64,000 nt of DNA from contig NC_043010.1 in the NCBI RefSeq assembly GCF_006345805.1, positions 16,058,001-16,122,000 of the forward strand, in the 5' to 3' direction. The notes below the pieces were generated by a model, which saw nothing but the letters and a program-made list of their open reading frames with translations, searched no databases and was not told the origin of the DNA. Below are positions 62,399 to 64,000 of this stretch, in pieces. Made by a program: the position numbers and the translations under genes. How positions within the stretch are numbered: position 1 is the first letter of the stretch; every line of letters begins with the position of its first letter. The DNA comes from Octopus sinensis (lineage: Eukaryota).

Positions 62399-62403
<5 letters not shown>
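61803..62403 (+). mobile_element. RTE 3' UTR/family C element with three tandem ~62-bp units
   Basis: GGTGGCACATAAAAAACACCATCCGAGCGTGGCCGTCTGCCAGCCTCGTCTGGCACCTGTGTC repeated about 62038-62226; (GAT)n tail. Confidence 0.8.
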
Positions 62404-62437
<34 letters not shown>

Positions 62438-62440
62438 GTT

Positions 62441-62655
62441 CTTTTATTCTTTTCTTTTACATTTTTACTTGTTTCAGTCATTTGACTGTGGCCATGCTGG
62501 AGTACCACCTTGAAGGGTTTTAGTCAAAGAAATTGACCCCGGACTTATATTTTAAGCCTAGCACTTATTCTATCGATCTCGTTTGCCAAACCACTAAGTT
62601 ACAGGGACATAAACACACCAACATTGGTTGTCTAGCAATGGTGGGGGGGACAACC
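62441..62655 (-). mobile_element. Family B SINE 3' half
   Basis: CTTGTTTCAGTCATTTGACTGTGGCCATGCTGGAG.. Confidence 0.7.
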
Positions 62656-62799
62656 ACAGCATTTGGCATGCTTGAGAAGACTTGGCAAGCGCAAGTGAGA
62701 CCATAACCTTGTGGCCTGTGCCAGGGGTGTAACCAATCCACTTATGCATGCCTTTCCTTCATTGGACCCTAAACTCTGCTTCGAAAGACTTGAGGCAAC

Positions 62800-64000
62800 G
62801 ACCTCACTCGAATCTTTTTACACGTGCCACCAGCACAGGTGCCAGTAAGATGACACTGGTAATGATCATGCTCGAATGGTGCTTTTTTCATGCCACCGGC
62901 AAGGAAGCCAGTCAGCTGCTCTGGCAATGATCACGCTCGGATGGTGCTCTTAGCACTCCACTAGCACGGATGCCAGTCATCGAATTTGATTTCAATTTCG
63001 ATTTCACTTGCCTCAACAGGTCTTTGCAAGCAGGATTTAGTGTCCAATGAAGGAAAGGTACGCATAATTGGGCTGGTTACACCCCTGGCATAGGCCTTGA
63101 GGTCATGGTCTCACTTGGCTTGCTGGGTCTTCTCAAGCACAGCATATTTCGAAAGGTCTCGGTCACTAGTCATTTCCTCAGTGAGGCCTAATGTTCAAAG
63201 GCTGTGCTTCACCATCTCATCTCAGGGCTTTCTGGGTCTACCTCTTCCACAGTTTCCCTCAACCGCTAGGGTGTGGCACTTTTTCACACAGCCATCCTCA
63301 TCCATTCTTGCCACATGACCATACCAGTACAGTTGTCTCTCTTGCACACCACATCTGATGCTTCTTTGGTCCAACTTTTCTCTCAAGGTACTTACACTCT
63401 GTCGAATATGCATTACACATCCAGCAGAGCATACTGGCTTCATTCTTTGCAAGCTTACGCATGTCCTCAGCAGTCACAGGCCATGTTTCACTGCCATGTA
63501 GCATGGCTGTTTGTACACATGCATCATACAGTCTACCTTTTACTTTGAGTAAGAGGTCCTTTATCACCAGCAGAGGTAAGAGCTCTCTGAACTTTGCCCA
63601 AGCTATTCTTACTCTAGCAGTTACACTTTCAATGCATCCACTCCCGCTACTGACTTGGCCACCTAGGTAACAGAAGCTATCAACTACTTCTTGATTTTTT
63701 CCCTGGAATGTGGCAGAAGTTGTTCTCTGCACATTTTCAGTGTTTATCGCTCCTGAGCTTCTGCCACATACAAAAACTATCTTCCCAATTAGCCTTCCTT
63801 TGACATTGCTGCACCTCTTATGTATCCATAGCTTACACTGGATACACCTTATACAGTTTCTACCTACGCCTTTTCTACAGATCGAGCAGGTCCAACTACC
63901 CGAAGGGATTTGTGGTTTGTCTGCCTTTCTACGTATTAGGACTTTGGTTGACTCTACGACCCTTCGATTCTAATCCTTGCTTCCACACCTGAAACTTTTC
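62800..64000 (-). mobile_element. RTE-clade LINE fragment (RT C-terminal region and 3' UTR), runs off the window end
   Basis: EVVDSFCYLGGQVSSGSGCIESVTARVRIAWAKFRELLPLL..KGRLYDACVQTAMLHGSETW; WYGHVARMDE..GRGRPRK. Confidence 0.82.

Overview
AT-rich, microsatellite- and transposon-dense animal genomic DNA with one 100-N scaffold gap. The SINE and microsatellite landscape looks like an octopod cephalopod; that is inferred, not verified. Two complete protein-coding genes lie head-to-head. The first is a 6-exon CGRRF1-like TM + RING gene on the minus strand: CDS 29986-29844, 22472-22342, 19732-19558, 18071-17918, 16958-16851, 15847-15233, 441 aa, with intron 3 carrying U12 (minor spliceosome) signals. 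The second is a 5-exon DMAC2/ATP5SL-like mitochondrial LRR gene on the plus strand: CDS 38802-38819, 40129-40289, 42992-43209, 47602-47764, 52772-52922, 236 aa. Between them a very young Ty3/Gypsy (Mag-like) LTR retrotransposon (identical 238-bp LTRs, 5-bp TSD, tRNA-Leu PBS) is inserted into an RTE LINE remnant. The first 7 kb hold two diverged Penelope-like element (PLE) copies. Each is preceded by a hammerhead ribozyme with co-varying stem I, an unusually long stem II and a minimal near-palindromic stem III. Other contents: a ~400-bp GGG..CCC MITE family with 6-bp TSDs and telomere-like repeats, two Helitron-like non-autonomous families, CR1/RTE/R4-like/CRE LINE and maT relics, several tRNA-SINE families and several long hairpins. 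I found strong but individually precedented elements rather than a clearly new multi-gene system. Most ORFs in the supplied track are microsatellite artefacts.
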